From the NCBI GenBank assembly GCA_037381445.1, contig JARRQT010000003.1, forward strand, positions 1 to 38,847: 38,847 bases of DNA. The letters are read 5' to 3'. The notes beneath the pieces were generated by a model. The model did not search any database, was not told the DNA's origin, and saw only the letters and a program-made list of their open reading frames with translations. Numbering within the stretch: the first letter of the stretch is position 1; every line of letters starts with the position of its first letter. A program made the translations under genes and the position numbers. The stretch is from Calditrichia bacterium. GTDB taxonomy: Bacteria; Calditrichota; Calditrichia; RBG-13-44-9. Shown one piece after another: positions 1-10,789 of the stretch.

Positions 1-40
1 GTCTGCAAAGTTTACAAACTGGACCTGTATAACGTGCCAT
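1..40 (-). CDS. rpsD: 30S ribosomal protein S4, 5' part only (runs off the window)
   Basis: Manual translation from ATG at 40 gives MARYTGPVCKLCR; GGAG SD upstream; follows rpsK. Confidence 0.93.
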   Translation of the reverse strand, partial: MARYTGPVCKLCR

Positions 41-72
41 TAAAAAGCTTCTCCATTCATTAAATTGTTTAA

Positions 73-462
73 TTACACTCTGCGTTTTTTGGGCGGCCGA
101 CAGCCATTGTGCGGAATTGGCGTCACATCTTTAATACTCATAATTTCCAATCCGGCGGCCTGCAATGAGCGGATGGCCGCTTCACGACCCGAACCGGGAC
201 CTTTAACCTCAACGGCAACCTGCCGGAGTCCCAGTTCCATTGCCTCTTTTGCCGCAGTTTCTGCTGACATCTGGGCGGCAAACGGCGTGTTCTTCCGCGA
301 TCCTTTAAATCCGACTTTGCCGGCTGTTGCCCAGGAAATCACATTTCCTTTGGAATCGGTTAAGGTAACCGTGGTATTGTTAAAAGTTGAGCGGATATGG
401 GCAACACCCAATGCATCAACTTGTTCTTTCTTCTTTTTGACTGTACGTGCTCTACGTGCCAA
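73..462 (-). CDS. rpsK: 30S ribosomal protein S11
   Basis: STFNNT, GPGSGRE and [18 protein letters not shown] motifs; TTG start with GGAGG SD. Confidence 0.98.
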   Translation of the reverse strand: MARRARTVKKKKEQVDALGVAHIRSTFNNTTVTLTDSKGNVISWATAGKVGFKGSRKNTPFAAQMSAETAAKEAMELGLRQVAVEVKGPGSGREAAIRSLQAAGLEIMSIKDVTPIPHNGCRPPKKRRV

Positions 463-487
463 TTGAAAGCCTCCTTATTAAAGCTGC

Positions 488-856
488 TTATTTCTTTTTA
501 CCTGCTATTGACCGGCGCCGTCCCTTACGTGTCCGTGCATTTGTGCGGGTTCTTTGTCCGCGAACCGGTAATCCCATTTTGTGGCGCATTCCTCGGTAAC
601 AATTAATATCAATCAATCGTTTGATGTTCATATTAATTTCGGTTTTCAGAGAGCCTTCCACTTTATAGGACTGCTGAATTGTATTACGAATATCACGGAC
701 CTGGTCGTCGGTTAAATCATTGGTCCGGGTTCCCGGATCGACATTTGCCGCTTTACAAATTTTTAAGCCTGAAGAACGCCCGATTCCAAAAATATAGGTA
801 AGCGCAGTTCCAATCGGTTTATTTTTTGGTAAATCTACACCGACAATACGAGCCAA
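488..856 (-). CDS. rpsM: 30S ribosomal protein S13
   Basis: [10 protein letters not shown]...[20 protein letters not shown] start. Confidence 0.98.
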   Translation of the reverse strand: MARIVGVDLPKNKPIGTALTYIFGIGRSSGLKICKAANVDPGTRTNDLTDDQVRDIRNTIQQSYKVEGSLKTEINMNIKRLIDINCYRGMRHKMGLPVRGQRTRTNARTRKGRRRSIAGKKK

Positions 857-878
857 AATAACCTCCTTACAATAATAA

Positions 879-995
879 TTAGCCCTGTCTCTGTTTATGT
901 TTCGGATTCTTTTTACAAATCACCCGCACCACACCGTGCCTGCGGATAATCTTACAATGTTCACAACGTTTCTTTACCGATGCCTGAACTTTCAT
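879..995 (-). CDS. rpmJ: 50S ribosomal protein L36 (zinc-ribbon form)
   Basis: Not in ORF track; manual translation [38 protein letters not shown] (38 aa). Confidence 0.97.
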   Translation of the reverse strand: MKVQASVKKRCEHCKIIRRHGVVRVICKKNPKHKQRQG

Positions 996-1020
996 TTTCG
1001 AACCTCACTTCTATTCCACT

Positions 1021-1239
1021 TTATTTATATCGATAAGTAATTCGACCACGCTTCAGATCGTAGGGTGACAGCTCCACCTTCACTTTGTCACCAGGCAATA
1101 TTTTTATGAAGTGCATCCGCATTTTGCCCGATACATGCGCTAAAACCTCATGTCCGCTTTCAAGCTGTACAATAAAGGTGGCATTCGGCAGCGTCTCCTT
1201 TATAACCCCGTCAACCTGTATAGCTTGTTCCTTGGCCAA
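1021..1239 (-). CDS. infA: Translation initiation factor IF-1
   Basis: LPNATF...[31 protein letters not shown] start. Confidence 0.98.
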   Translation of the reverse strand: MAKEQAIQVDGVIKETLPNATFIVQLESGHEVLAHVSGKMRMHFIKILPGDKVKVELSPYDLKRGRITYRYK

Positions 1240-2010
1240 TTAAAATACCTCGTCTTTTAAACCGTTCTCTGTTAATATTTCCGGCGCACCGTTCTGCACA
1301 ATCACGGTATGTTCGTAATGTGCAGAAGGAGCTCGATCCCTTGTGACTACTGTCCACCCATCTTCCAGAGTAAGCACCTGGCGATCGCCCATGTTGATCA
1401 TCGGCTCGATGGCCAGGGCCATCCCGGACTTCAAAAGCGGTCCGCGATTTGGTTTACCAAAGTTGGGCACCTGGGGTTCCTCATGCAGCGCCCTTCCGAT
1501 ACCATGCCCTACCAGCTCCCGAACGATGCCGTAATGATGCGCTTCCGCCCGCTGTTGGATGGCCCAGGATATGTCCTGCACCCGGTTGCCGCTCACTGCC
1601 TTTTTGATTCCCTCATACAACGCCTCAATCGTCACTCGCATCAACTCTCTTTTCTGTTCATCCACCTCACCCACCGGGAAGGTAAATGCGGAATCACCGA
1701 AGTACCCTTGGTACTCAACCCCGATATCCACGCTGACGATATCTCCTTCCTGCAGTACTCGTTTTGGCGAAGGGATACCATGGACCACTTCATGATTCAC
1801 CGAGACACAGGCGCTTGCCGGGAAACCGTATAATCCTTTGAAAGCGGGTTTTGCTCCTTTTGAACGAATAAATTTCTCAATTTCTTCATCCAACTTCCCG
1901 GTAGTTATGCCGGGCTTGATAATAGACCTTACGAATAAAAAAGTTTCTGCCGTAATTTTGGAGCTGATGCGCATCAGCTCTATTTCTTTTTCATTCTTAA
2001 TGGAAATCAT
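1240..2010 (-). CDS. map: Type I methionine aminopeptidase
   Basis: CVSVNHEVVHGIP, GHGIG..LHEEP, IEPMIN and SAHYEHT motifs. Confidence 0.97.
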   Translation of the reverse strand: MISIKNEKEIELMRISSKITAETFLFVRSIIKPGITTGKLDEEIEKFIRSKGAKPAFKGLYGFPASACVSVNHEVVHGIPSPKRVLQEGDIVSVDIGVEYQGYFGDSAFTFPVGEVDEQKRELMRVTIEALYEGIKKAVSGNRVQDISWAIQQRAEAHHYGIVRELVGHGIGRALHEEPQVPNFGKPNRGPLLKSGMALAIEPMINMGDRQVLTLEDGWTVVTRDRAPSAHYEHTVIVQNGAPEILTENGLKDEVF

Positions 2011-3333
2011 TTATGCTCTTCTGCCCCTTACGCGGCCACCCTTCATAAAACCTTCGTAATGCCGCATGTAGAGGTGCGATTCGAATCTTTGTATCGTATC
2101 AAGCGCCACACCAACGATAATCAGCAAGCCTGTTCCGCCAAAGAATGAGGCATAACTATATGAAATTCTAAACATTTGCACCAGAATATACGGGATAATG
2201 GCAACAAAAGCCAGCGCAATAGACCCTGGCAGGGTGATTCTGGTCAGAATGTTATCCAGATAATCGGCCGTTTTTTTGCCAGGCCGCACGCCAGGAATAA
2301 ACCCACCTTGTTTCTTCAGATTGTCCGCCACATCCACCGGATTCAGCGCGATGGCGGTATAGAAATAGGTGAAGAAAATAATCATCACACCATAGACCAG
2401 CCAATAAAACCAGGATTCCATTGAGAATGCTCTCTGCAGACCACCCATGAATTCGCTCTCCGGGAAGAAAGAAAACAGGGTGCTGGGCACGAACATAATT
2501 GCCTGCGCAAAGATGATGGGCATAACGCCCGCCGTATTCACCCGCAGCGGAAAGTGCGTGTTCACACCACCGTAAACTTTGCGGCCCACAACTCTCTTCG
2601 CGTATTGAACCGGTATTTTTCGAGTGGCTTGGGTTAAAATTACAACACCGGCAACAATCAAGAATGCCAGAATAATCAGCGCCAGCTCAACCAGTAAGGA
2701 GCGGTTTCCGCTGGAGAATTGGATCCATTCCTGGAACAAGGCCGATGGAAACCTCGCGATGATACCGATGAAGATGATCAGGGAGATACCATTACCAATT
2801 CCCCGGTCATCAATCAATTCACCCAGCCACATAATCAGCATCGTTCCTGTTGCCATGGACATCATCGTTAAAAGACGGAAGCCCATTCCAGGGTGGATAA
2901 CTGCCTTAACACCATTCACATCAATGCTTTCCAGGAAAATGGCCACGCCAAATGCCTGCATAGCGGAAATCAACAGTGTTCCGTAACGAGTATACTGGGT
3001 AATTTTTTTGCGCCCTTCTTCGCCTTCCTTCTGCAGACGCTGCACCCAGGGCACAACCGCCCCAAGCAACTGCAGAATAATTGAAGCACTAATGTAGGGC
3101 ATAATACCAAGGCCGAATACAGCCGCTTTACTAAATGCACCACCGGCAAAAAGATCGTATAAACCAAAAAGCGTTCCGGAGAGGTTCTTCATTCCTTCCG
3201 CTAACACCTGGGTATCAATCCCGGGAGTTACGATGTGTGTTCCAATCCGTTCTAATGCAAGAATTAAAACTGTAAAGAGGATTCTTTGCCTGAGGTCATG
3301 AATTTTAAAAATATTCCGGAATGATTCAATCAT
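2011..3333 (-). CDS. secY: Preprotein translocase subunit SecY
   Basis: LGIMPYISASII, GIGNGISLIIF, GVMPIIFA, FIPGVRPG and GGTGLLIIVGV motifs; ATGA overlap with rplO. Confidence 0.98.
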   Translation of the reverse strand: MIESFRNIFKIHDLRQRILFTVLILALERIGTHIVTPGIDTQVLAEGMKNLSGTLFGLYDLFAGGAFSKAAVFGLGIMPYISASIILQLLGAVVPWVQRLQKEGEEGRKKITQYTRYGTLLISAMQAFGVAIFLESIDVNGVKAVIHPGMGFRLLTMMSMATGTMLIMWLGELIDDRGIGNGISLIIFIGIIARFPSALFQEWIQFSSGNRSLLVELALIILAFLIVAGVVILTQATRKIPVQYAKRVVGRKVYGGVNTHFPLRVNTAGVMPIIFAQAIMFVPSTLFSFFPESEFMGGLQRAFSMESWFYWLVYGVMIIFFTYFYTAIALNPVDVADNLKKQGGFIPGVRPGKKTADYLDNILTRITLPGSIALAFVAIIPYILVQMFRISYSYASFFGGTGLLIIVGVALDTIQRFESHLYMRHYEGFMKGGRVRGRRA

Positions 3334-3770
3334 AACAGTGTAACTTCGCCTCCTAGCTTTTCAACCTGTTCCCTTGCGGATTTACTGATCGCATGAACTT
3401 TCACGCTGATTTTCTTCTCTATTTTGCCGCTGCCCAATATTTTGATCGGTAGATCGGCAGATTTCACAAGGCCATGGGAGGCCAGAATTTCCGGAGTTAC
3501 TTCCTTAGCATCAGTTATTTTGTTCAAATCCCGAAGGTTTACAACCTGATAATACAACTTTCCGTAACTATAGAACCCATATTTGGGAAGACGTCTTTGA
3601 AGTGGCATTTGACCACCCTCAAACCATGCCCGCCTTTTGGAACCTGAACGGGAATGCTGGCCTTTATGACCGCGGCCGGCGGTCTTGCCTTGTCCCGAGG
3701 CTGGTCCTCTTCCCAGGCGCTTATTATCGCGCGTGGAACCGGGCGCCATTTTAAGATTTCCTAAATCCAT
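3330..3770 (-). CDS. rplO: 50S ribosomal protein L15
   Basis: GRGPASGQGKTAGRGHKGQ and FEGGQMPL motifs. Confidence 0.98.
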   Translation of the reverse strand: MDLGNLKMAPGSTRDNKRLGRGPASGQGKTAGRGHKGQHSRSGSKRRAWFEGGQMPLQRRLPKYGFYSYGKLYYQVVNLRDLNKITDAKEVTPEILASHGLVKSADLPIKILGSGKIEKKISVKVHAISKSAREQVEKLGGEVTLL

Positions 3771-3789
3771 ATCTTACCCCTCAAATAGT

Positions 3790-3987
3790 TTATTCTACTT
3801 CTTCCCAAGTAATCATATGTTTCACTTTTTCCACCATTCCCCTGATCTGCGGGGTATCGGTAAATTCCTTTGTATGGCCAATGCGCTTTAATCCCAGCGC
3901 CTCAATCGTTTTACGATGTGCCGGCAGCTGCCCGATGGTACTGCGCACCTGCTTTACTCTGATCTTCTTTTCTTTCTTTTTTGCCAT
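3790..3987 (-). CDS. rpmD: 50S ribosomal protein L30
   Basis: KQVRSTIG...ALGLKRIG...IRGMVEKVKHMI; position between rpsE and rplO. Confidence 0.96.
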   Translation of the reverse strand: MAKKKEKKIRVKQVRSTIGQLPAHRKTIEALGLKRIGHTKEFTDTPQIRGMVEKVKHMITWEEVE

Positions 3988-4015
3988 AACTATTATCTCA
4001 CCACGTTAATTGGTT

Positions 4016-4522
4016 TTAACCTCTAAACAGTTCAGCCAGACTCAATCCGCGTTTTCTGGCGAGCGTCATGGGATCGTATAATGATTCCAAAGCCGCCATG
4101 GTTGCCTTTACAATATTGTGGGGATTCGGTGAGCCAAGAACTTTTGTCAGAATATCTCTGATTCCCACTGCTTCACAAATGGCGCGCACCGGACCGCCGG
4201 CAATTACGCCTGTTCCCGGGCTGGCGGGTTTCAGAATTACCTTTCCGGCTCCGAATTTTCCGTAGGCAGCGTATGGGATGGTATCGCCACTCAGGTTGAT
4301 ACGCACCACTTCCTTTTTGGCGTTCTCCGTGGCCTTGGCAATCGCATTGATTACTTCATTCGCTTTCCCAAGACCCACACCCACATGACCGTTTCCGTCG
4401 CCAACCACGACAATGGCGCTGAAACTAAACCGACGTCCGCCTTTTACCACTTTCGCCACGCGGTTGATATAGACAACCTTTTCTTTTAAATCTAATTCAT
4501 GAGGATTTATTCTTTCAGCCAC
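4016..4522 (-). CDS. rpsE: 30S ribosomal protein S5
   Basis: [18 protein letters not shown] and [12 protein letters not shown] motifs; GTG start. Confidence 0.98.
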   Translation of the reverse strand: MAERINPHELDLKEKVVYINRVAKVVKGGRRFSFSAIVVVGDGNGHVGVGLGKANEVINAIAKATENAKKEVVRINLSGDTIPYAAYGKFGAGKVILKPASPGTGVIAGGPVRAICEAVGIRDILTKVLGSPNPHNIVKATMAALESLYDPMTLARKRGLSLAELFRG

Positions 4523-4546
4523 AATTGCTCCTCTTCATTTTATCCT

Positions 4547-4885
4547 TTAAAATTCCAATCCGCCTTCACGTGCCCCCTCAGCCAGCGCTTTGATGCGTCC
4601 ATGATAGGCATATCCGTTACGGTCAAACACGACTCTGGAGATCTTTTTCTCTTTCGCCTTTTTTGCGATCAGTTTACCGACAACCTTGCTGGCTTCGGTT
4701 TTATTTTTTGCTTTCTTAATTTCGGCGCCGATTTCCTTGCTCAGATTGGAGGCACCCAGCAAAGTTTTCTGACTCGCGTCATCCACTATTTGGCCGTACA
4801 TGTATTTCTGGCTCTTGAAGACCACCAGGCGGGGCCGTTCGCTACTTCCAAAAACTTTTTTCTTTCTTTTAATCTGCTTTTTCAT
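4547..4885 (-). CDS. rplR: 50S ribosomal protein L18 (start uncertain, see findings)
   Basis: ERPRLVVFKS and VVFDRNGYAYHGRIKALAEGAREGGLEF motifs. Confidence 0.96.
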   Translation of the reverse strand: MKKQIKRKKKVFGSSERPRLVVFKSQKYMYGQIVDDASQKTLLGASNLSKEIGAEIKKAKNKTEASKVVGKLIAKKAKEKKISRVVFDRNGYAYHGRIKALAEGAREGGLEF

Positions 4886-4917
4886 GATGCGAGAAATCTC
4901 CCACTGCGTTTTATCGT

Positions 4918-5454
4918 TTATCCCGCGGTCTTACCGGCTTTATGTCTTACCTGCTCTCCTTCGTACCGAATCCCTTTGCCTTTATAGGGTTCGGGCTGAC
5001 GGAAAGAGCGGATTTTAGCAGCAACCTGACCAACCAACACTTTATCGATTCCCGACACTGTCATTTTTGTGGGCGCAGGAACCTCGATGGTGATCCCGGC
5101 AGGCGGCACAAAATAAATCGGATGAGAATATCCTACACTGATGACAACCCCACTACCTCTTTTCTCAACTTTGTAGCCCACGCCCTGAATTTCCAGGTTT
5201 TTGCTGAATCCTTCGGTAACCCCGTGCACCATATTATAAAGAAGTGTGCGGGTCAATCCGTGAAGCGATCTATGGCGAATCGAATCGGTTGGCCGATTAA
5301 CCGTTAGCTGATCACCTTCTTTTTCTATAATCATTTCGGTGCTGATCGGCGTACTCAACTCGCCCTTAGGACCTTTTACCCGGGCCACGCCTTCTTCAAT
5401 TTTCACTTCCACATTATTGGGAAGGTTTATAGGTAATTTTCCTATACGAGACAC
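4918..5454 (-). CDS. rplF: 50S ribosomal protein L6
   Basis: MSRIGKLPI...PEPYKGKGIRY; GTG start. Confidence 0.98.
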   Translation of the reverse strand: MSRIGKLPINLPNNVEVKIEEGVARVKGPKGELSTPISTEMIIEKEGDQLTVNRPTDSIRHRSLHGLTRTLLYNMVHGVTEGFSKNLEIQGVGYKVEKRGSGVVISVGYSHPIYFVPPAGITIEVPAPTKMTVSGIDKVLVGQVAAKIRSFRQPEPYKGKGIRYEGEQVRHKAGKTAG

Positions 5455-5478
5455 GTCAAAACTCCTTTACCTTTAAAA

Positions 5479-5877
5479 TTACCAGACGTAGCAGAGAACT
5501 TCACCGCCAACATTTTGCCTTTTTGCTTCACGTTCGGTAAGAATCCCGCGCGAGGTGCTGATCATGGCAATACCCATGTTGTTTTTCACCCGCGGCAGGT
5601 TTTCCACGCCTACGTAATAGCGGCGTCCCGGAGTACTCACCCGTTTAAGCTCATTGATGATCGAGTTACCCTCTTCATCATATTTCAGGAAAAGACGGAT
5701 GATTCCCTGCCTGCCATCATCGATGATGATATAATTCTTTATGAACTTCTGCTCGTATAAAATCTCACTCATTCTTTTCTTAACATTGGAGGCCGGAACA
5801 TCCACATGCCGGTGTCCTGCCTGCAGGGCATTGCGCACTCTTGTCAAGAAATCTGCAATAGGGTCTGTCATACTCAT
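5479..5877 (-). CDS. rpsH: 30S ribosomal protein S8
   Basis: MTDPIADFLTRVRNA...ISTSRG...GGEVLCYVW. Confidence 0.98.
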   Translation of the reverse strand: MSMTDPIADFLTRVRNALQAGHRHVDVPASNVKKRMSEILYEQKFIKNYIIIDDGRQGIIRLFLKYDEEGNSIINELKRVSTPGRRYYVGVENLPRVKNNMGIAMISTSRGILTEREAKRQNVGGEVLCYVW

Positions 5878-5897
5878 AAGTTTATTCTCCTAACCGC

Positions 5898-6083
5898 TTA
5901 CCAACTGGCTTTAACCACGCCGGGAATTTCGCCCTGATTTGCCAACTCTCGCAGGCAAATTCGGCACAAACCAAACTTTCTGTAGTAGCCACGAGGTCTT
6001 CCGCAACGTTGACAACGATTATATTCCCTGACTTTAAATTTTTGATTTTTCTTAGATTTCGCAATTAAAGATTTCTTTGCCAA
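5898..6083 (-). CDS. rpsN: 30S ribosomal protein S14, type Z (zinc-binding)
   Basis: 61 aa with CQRC and CRIC, ends [12 protein letters not shown] start. Confidence 0.97.
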   Translation of the reverse strand: MAKKSLIAKSKKNQKFKVREYNRCQRCGRPRGYYRKFGLCRICLRELANQGEIPGVVKASW

Positions 6084-6097
6084 TCCAAATCTCCTTC

Positions 6098-6649
6098 TTA
6101 TTGTTTGAATGGCATGCCGAATGCTTTGAGCAGTTCGTATGCTTCTTCATCTGTTTTGGCGTTGGTGACAAATGTGACATCTAATCCACGAATTTTATCT
6201 ATTTTATCCACATTTATTTCCGGAAAGATGATCTGTTCACGAACACCCACGGTATAGTTTCCACGTCCATCAAAAGCTTTATCGGATAATCCACGGAAAT
6301 CCCTGATTCGCGGGACAGCCAGATTGATAAACCTGTCCAAGAATTCATACATTCTCAATCCGCGCAGCGTCACAAATGTACCGACTTTCATGCCTTCGCG
6401 CAGCTTGAAATTGGATATGGACTTTTTGGCCCGGCTGTATGCAGGATACTGACCGCTTATGATTGACAAATCAGTCATGGCATGCTCCAGAACTTTGGGA
6501 TCCTGAATCGCATCGCCCACACCGACGTTAAGCACAATTTTCTCCACTTTGGGCACTTCCATAATACTTTTATACCCGAAGCGTTTCATTAATGCCGGCA
6601 CGATTTCTTCCTGATATTGTTTTTGTAATCTTGGTGTATAGTTTTCCAT
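6098..6649 (-). CDS. rplE: 50S ribosomal protein L5
   Basis: [11 protein letters not shown] and [15 protein letters not shown] motifs; start moved to MENYTPRL to avoid overlap with rplX. Confidence 0.96.
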   Translation of the reverse strand: MENYTPRLQKQYQEEIVPALMKRFGYKSIMEVPKVEKIVLNVGVGDAIQDPKVLEHAMTDLSIISGQYPAYSRAKKSISNFKLREGMKVGTFVTLRGLRMYEFLDRFINLAVPRIRDFRGLSDKAFDGRGNYTVGVREQIIFPEINVDKIDKIRGLDVTFVTNAKTDEEAYELLKAFGMPFKQ

Positions 6650-6666
6650 TCCCAGTTCCTTCACTT

Positions 6667-6984
6667 TTAGATAATTTCTCCGCAATCTGGATGTTTGCAA
6701 TAACGGACTTTGGAACCATCTTCCAGAATCCGGAAGCCCACACGTGTCGGACGATTACATTTGGGACATACCACTTTAACATTGGACATATGTATTGGTG
6801 CTTCTTTTTCAACAATTCCGCCCTGGGGCAACTGCTGCGTGGGCCGCGTATGTTTCTTAATCATATTCACACCTTCGACGACCACACGATTTTCTCCGGG
6901 GAATACTTTCAATACTTTCCCGGTTTTTCCTTCGTCATTTCCGCTAAGAATATGGACCGTATCGTTTTTAACTACCTTTTTCAT
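6667..6984 (-). CDS. rplX: 50S ribosomal protein L24
   Basis: KOW motif ([10 protein letters not shown]), [16 protein letters not shown]-terminal CPKC...CKHPDC. Confidence 0.97.
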   Translation of the reverse strand: MKKVVKNDTVHILSGNDEGKTGKVLKVFPGENRVVVEGVNMIKKHTRPTQQLPQGGIVEKEAPIHMSNVKVVCPKCNRPTRVGFRILEDGSKVRYCKHPDCGEII

Positions 6985-6999
6985 TGAGCCTTTTCCTCT

Positions 7000-7368
7000 T
7001 TAAAGAACCTCGGGTGCCAATGAGACAATTTTCATATAATTGTTATCCCGCAATTCACGGGCAACTGGGCCGAAGATGCGGGTTCCTCGCGGTTCGCCCT
7101 GGGCATCCAGCAGTACGGCTGCATTTTCATCGAACCGTATGTAGCTGCCATCGGGACGGCGTACTTCTTTCTTTGTCCGTACCACTACCGCTTTGGAAAC
7201 ATCACCCTTTTTAACGGGAGCATTCGGTATTGCGCTTTTCACGCTTATCACAATCACATCACCAACTGACGCATAGCGTTTTTTGGATCCACCAAGAACC
7301 CGGATGCACATCACTTTTTTCGCTCCAGAATTATCCGCCACATTTAATCTGGAATATTCCTGTATCAT
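7000..7368 (-). CDS. rplN: 50S ribosomal protein L14
   Basis: VADNSGAK...[13 protein letters not shown]...SLAPEVL. Confidence 0.99.
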   Translation of the reverse strand: MIQEYSRLNVADNSGAKKVMCIRVLGGSKKRYASVGDVIVISVKSAIPNAPVKKGDVSKAVVVRTKKEVRRPDGSYIRFDENAAVLLDAQGEPRGTRIFGPVARELRDNNYMKIVSLAPEVL

Positions 7369-7391
7369 AGCAACAACCCCAGCGGTTTAAA

Positions 7392-7646
7392 TTATTTAAC
7401 TTTTTCAATAATTTCTATTACACGCCAGCGCTTTGTTTTGCTTAACGGGCGGGTTTCCATAATCCGCACTACATCACCAGTCTGGCATTCATTCTTTTCA
7501 TCGTGCGCTTTAAACTTTGCTGTGCGCTTAATAAACTTTTTATAAATAGGGTGCTTTACCAGTCGTTCCACGGCAACCACGGCAGTCTTTTCCATTTTAT
7601 CGCTGACTACAACCCCAGTTCTTGTTTTACGTATGCCTCTTTCCAT
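7392..7646 (-). CDS. rpsQ: 30S ribosomal protein S17
   Basis: [11 protein letters not shown]...[11 protein letters not shown]. Confidence 0.98.
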   Translation of the reverse strand: MERGIRKTRTGVVVSDKMEKTAVVAVERLVKHPIYKKFIKRTAKFKAHDEKNECQTGDVVRIMETRPLSKTKRWRVIEIIEKVK

Positions 7647-7666
7647 AACCCACTATCACCTATTCT

Positions 7667-7882
7667 TTAATTTGCTGATTTTGGTTTCGTAATTCCCAGC
7701 TCATACTCACGCAGAATGGTATTGATCCTGGAAATATCTTTTTTTACCATCCTGATACGACTGGGGTTGGCCAGCTGATGTGTCGCTTTCTGGATGTTCA
7801 GATTGGCCATTTCGTCCAGCAGGTCTTCCAGGCGTGCCTTTAATTCATCTAATGTAAATTCTCGAATTTCTGTGGATTTCAT
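7667..7882 (-). CDS. rpmC: 50S ribosomal protein L29
   Basis: QLANPSRIRMVKKDISRINTILRE; position between rplP and rpsQ. Confidence 0.95.
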   Translation of the reverse strand: MKSTEIREFTLDELKARLEDLLDEMANLNIQKATHQLANPSRIRMVKKDISRINTILREYELGITKPKSAN

Positions 7883-7888
7883 TTCTGA

Positions 7889-8308
7889 TTATTCTCCTGC
7901 TTCTTGTCGAGTCACAAATGTGGTCTTAATAGGCAATTTATGAGCAGCCAGACGCATTGCTTCTTTTGCCACTTCTTCGGGAACGCCCTCAATCTCGAAC
8001 ATCACCCGTCCAGGCTTAACCACCGCTACCCAGTATTCCGGCGAGCCTTTTCCTTTTCCCATGCGGGTTTCGGCTGGTTTCTTGGTTACCGGTTTGTCAG
8101 GGAAAATACGGATCCAAACCTTGCCACCGCGCTTGATATAACGGGTCATTGCAATACGTGCCGCTTCTATCTGCCGACTGGTAATCCAATGAGCTTCCAG
8201 CGCCTTCAGTCCGTACTGGCCAAAAGCGATATAATTTCCTCGCTGGGCTTTACCCCGCATCCGTCCGCGTTGCTGCTTCCGGTATTTTACCCTTTTCGGC
8301 ATTAACAT
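7889..8308 (-). CDS. rplP: 50S ribosomal protein L16
   Basis: [15 protein letters not shown]...ETRMGKGKG. Confidence 0.99.
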   Translation of the reverse strand: MLMPKRVKYRKQQRGRMRGKAQRGNYIAFGQYGLKALEAHWITSRQIEAARIAMTRYIKRGGKVWIRIFPDKPVTKKPAETRMGKGKGSPEYWVAVVKPGRVMFEIEGVPEEVAKEAMRLAAHKLPIKTTFVTRQEAGE

Positions 8309-8329
8309 TTATATTTCTCCTTAAAATTT

Positions 8330-8959
8330 TTATCTTTCAAGAACATTTCCGTGACAGATCCACACCTTTACGCCGATGGCACCATAGGTGGTTCTCGCCG
8401 TAGAGGTCGCATAATCAATTTCGGAGCGCAGGGTGTGGAGAGGGATCCGTCCTTCTTTATAGGATTCGGTTCTGGCCATCTCGGCGCCACCCAGGCGGCC
8501 GGAGCAGGTCAGCTTGATTCCTTCGGCACCCAGCCGCATGGAAGAGGTAATTGCTCTTTTCATGGCCCGACGGAAAGACACCTTTCCTTCCAACTGCCGC
8601 GCAATGTTCTGGGCTACCAGAAGAGCATCCAACTCCGGGTGTTTCACTTCCTTAATATTTATCTGCACATCTTTGCTGATAAGCTTTTTCAATTCTTCTT
8701 TCAACTTATCGACTTCCGCACCCTTTTTGCCGATAACCACGCCGGGTCTTGCGGTATTCAGTTCAAGAAGAACCTTTTTCGCTGTGCGCTCAATCTTTAT
8801 TTTAGAAATTGCTCCATCCTGAATCCGTTTTCTGACATATCTTCTAATGAGCAAATCTTCGTTTAAAGTGTCTCCGTAGTTTTTCTCGTTGAACCACTGC
8901 GATTGCCAGTCCTGTGTGAAATTCAGACGAAAACCTATTGGATTAGTCTTCTGACCCAA
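8330..8959 (-). CDS. rpsC: 30S ribosomal protein S3
   Basis: MGQKTNPIGFRL, ARPGVVIGKKG and GRIPLHTLR motifs; TTG start. Confidence 0.98.
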   Translation of the reverse strand: MGQKTNPIGFRLNFTQDWQSQWFNEKNYGDTLNEDLLIRRYVRKRIQDGAISKIKIERTAKKVLLELNTARPGVVIGKKGAEVDKLKEELKKLISKDVQINIKEVKHPELDALLVAQNIARQLEGKVSFRRAMKRAITSSMRLGAEGIKLTCSGRLGGAEMARTESYKEGRIPLHTLRSEIDYATSTARTTYGAIGVKVWICHGNVLER

Positions 8960-8980
8960 AGTTTATCCTCCGGTTGTTGA

Positions 8981-9325
8981 TTACTCTTTGTCTTCTATAA
9001 CAATTGTTAAATGGCTTGTACGCCGCCGAATTCGTCCCACCCGACCCATCGTCATAGGTCTGAAGCGCCGCAATACCGGACCACCATCCACCTGTGCACT
9101 TTTCACATACAAATCCCGCGGAGTTAGTTTTTTTCCTTCATATGCATCGAAGAAATTTGCCACTGCCGAACGAAGTGCTTTTTCAATGAAGTCGGCACTT
9201 CTTTTGGGAGAAAAGTGCAGTAAATTCAGCGCTTCCTCTACATTCTTGCCTTTTATATGTTCAAGCATCCGTCTCATTTTTAACGGAGATGTTCTCAAAT
9301 ATTTTGCTGCTGCTCGTGCTTCCAT
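8981..9325 (-). CDS. rplV: 50S ribosomal protein L22
   Basis: KYLRTSPLK...SAVAN...VDGGP...RRTSHLTIV. Confidence 0.97.
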   Translation of the reverse strand: MEARAAAKYLRTSPLKMRRMLEHIKGKNVEEALNLLHFSPKRSADFIEKALRSAVANFFDAYEGKKLTPRDLYVKSAQVDGGPVLRRFRPMTMGRVGRIRRRTSHLTIVIEDKE

Positions 9326-9339
9326 TCATGACTCCATTG

Positions 9340-9627
9340 TTATCTTTTAACTCTGGATGTTTTTTCAGACCTTCCTGCATGTCCTCTGTAGGTTCTTGTC
9401 AGAGAAAATTCACCCAGTTTGTGTCCAACCATGTTCTCACTGACATAGACCGGAATAAACTTGATTCCGTTGTGCACCGCAATGGTATGACCGACAAACT
9501 CAGGTGGTATAGTACTGCGGCGTGCCCATGTTTTAACAACTTTCTTCTGACCCTGCTCGTTCAATTTTTCAATTCTATCCAAGAGTCTTTTATCGATGTA
9601 CGGACCTTTTTTTAGGGACCTGGCCAT
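9340..9627 (-). CDS. rpsS: 30S ribosomal protein S19
   Basis: MARSLKKGP...MVGHKLGEF. Confidence 0.98.
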   Translation of the reverse strand: MARSLKKGPYIDKRLLDRIEKLNEQGQKKVVKTWARRSTIPPEFVGHTIAVHNGIKFIPVYVSENMVGHKLGEFSLTRTYRGHAGRSEKTSRVKR

Positions 9628-9640
9628 TCTACGCTCCTAA

Positions 9641-10465
9641 TTATTTACGTCTTTTTACTATCAAATCGCTTGATTTCTTGTTCTTCTTGCGGGTCTTCAG
9701 ACCTTTGGACAACTGCCCCCAAGGTGAACAGGGATGGCGTCCACCTGAGGTTTTTCCTTCACCGCCGCCCATAGGATGGTCAATCGGGTTCATGGCCACA
9801 CCACGAACATTGGGCCGGCGACCCAGCCAACGCGAGCGGCCTGCCTTGCCAAGCGATATGTTTGTATGTTCCAGGTTACCGACCTGTCCGATAGTTGCAT
9901 AGCATTTCTGGCGGAACCTGCGTATTTCACCCGACGGCATCTTCAGCAGCGCAAATTCACCCTCTTTGGCCATCAGCTGGCAGGACGCTCCAGCACTTCT
10001 GGCGACCTTGCCACCCCGGCCGGGTTCCAATTCAATATTGTGAACCGACATACCCAGTGGGATTCTTTCCAGCGGCAGTGAGTTGCCAACCCTGATTTCC
10101 GACTTCTCACCCGACATAATCTTATCGCCCACCTTTAAACCGTCCGGAGCCAGGATATACCGTTTTTCTCCGTCTGCATAGAAAAGCAGTGCAATTCTGG
10201 CAGTCCTGTTGGGATCATATTCGATGGCATTGACGGTAGCCGGGATGTCATACTTTTTCCGTTTAAAATCGATCACCCGGTAATGACGCTTGTGTCCGCC
10301 GCCCCGCTGCCATGCCGTGACCCGTCCGAGGTTATTCCGTCCTCCGCTGCGTTTTTGGGGTTCCAGCAAAGACTTTTCCGGTGTTGTCTTGGTAATGTCC
10401 TCAAAATTTATGTCTACCCTGAAGCGGAGTCCAGGTGTATTGGGTTTATACTTTTTTAAGCCCAT
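9641..10465 (-). CDS. rplB: 50S ribosomal protein L2
   Basis: [13 protein letters not shown] and [18 protein letters not shown] motifs. Confidence 0.99.
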   Translation of the reverse strand: MGLKKYKPNTPGLRFRVDINFEDITKTTPEKSLLEPQKRSGGRNNLGRVTAWQRGGGHKRHYRVIDFKRKKYDIPATVNAIEYDPNRTARIALLFYADGEKRYILAPDGLKVGDKIMSGEKSEIRVGNSLPLERIPLGMSVHNIELEPGRGGKVARSAGASCQLMAKEGEFALLKMPSGEIRRFRQKCYATIGQVGNLEHTNISLGKAGRSRWLGRRPNVRGVAMNPIDHPMGGGEGKTSGGRHPCSPWGQLSKGLKTRKKNKKSSDLIVKRRK

Positions 10466-10486
10466 ACTAACTCTCCAACGCTATCT

Positions 10487-10789
10487 TTATAAGTTCTCGA
10501 GAAAATCCAATTTATCGCCTTCACCAAGAGTCACAATGACTTTCTTCCAGCGTGGTGTAAAACCAGTCACCGTTCCACCCTTGGTAAACCGCTGGCGGGG
10601 TTTCGGTTTCACATTCAGTGTGCGAATACTTTTTACTTTTACAGAAAAACGCTTTTCAATAGCATACTTTATTTCGATCTTGTTTGCGTTGCGATCGGCT
10701 TCAAACACATAATCATTATTGGTGTCTTTCAGCCGCAAAGCTTTTTCTGTAAGAACAGGCTGAACTAAAATTTGTCTCGGGTCTCTCAT
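10487..10789 (-). CDS. rplW: 50S ribosomal protein L23
   Basis: PVLTEKA, ANKIEIK and WKKVIVTL motifs; ATGA overlap with rplD. Confidence 0.97.
   Translation of the reverse strand: MRDPRQILVQPVLTEKALRLKDTNNDYVFEADRNANKIEIKYAIEKRFSVKVKSIRTLNVKPKPRQRFTKGGTVTGFTPRWKKVIVTLGEGDKLDFLENL

Noticed and set aside
6650..6700. Longer ORF-track start for rplE (similarly rplC, rplJ, rplA, secE, the permease, the Lrp-domain and SLBB genes)
   Set aside because: Downstream ATGs fit family N-termini and/or SD positions better.
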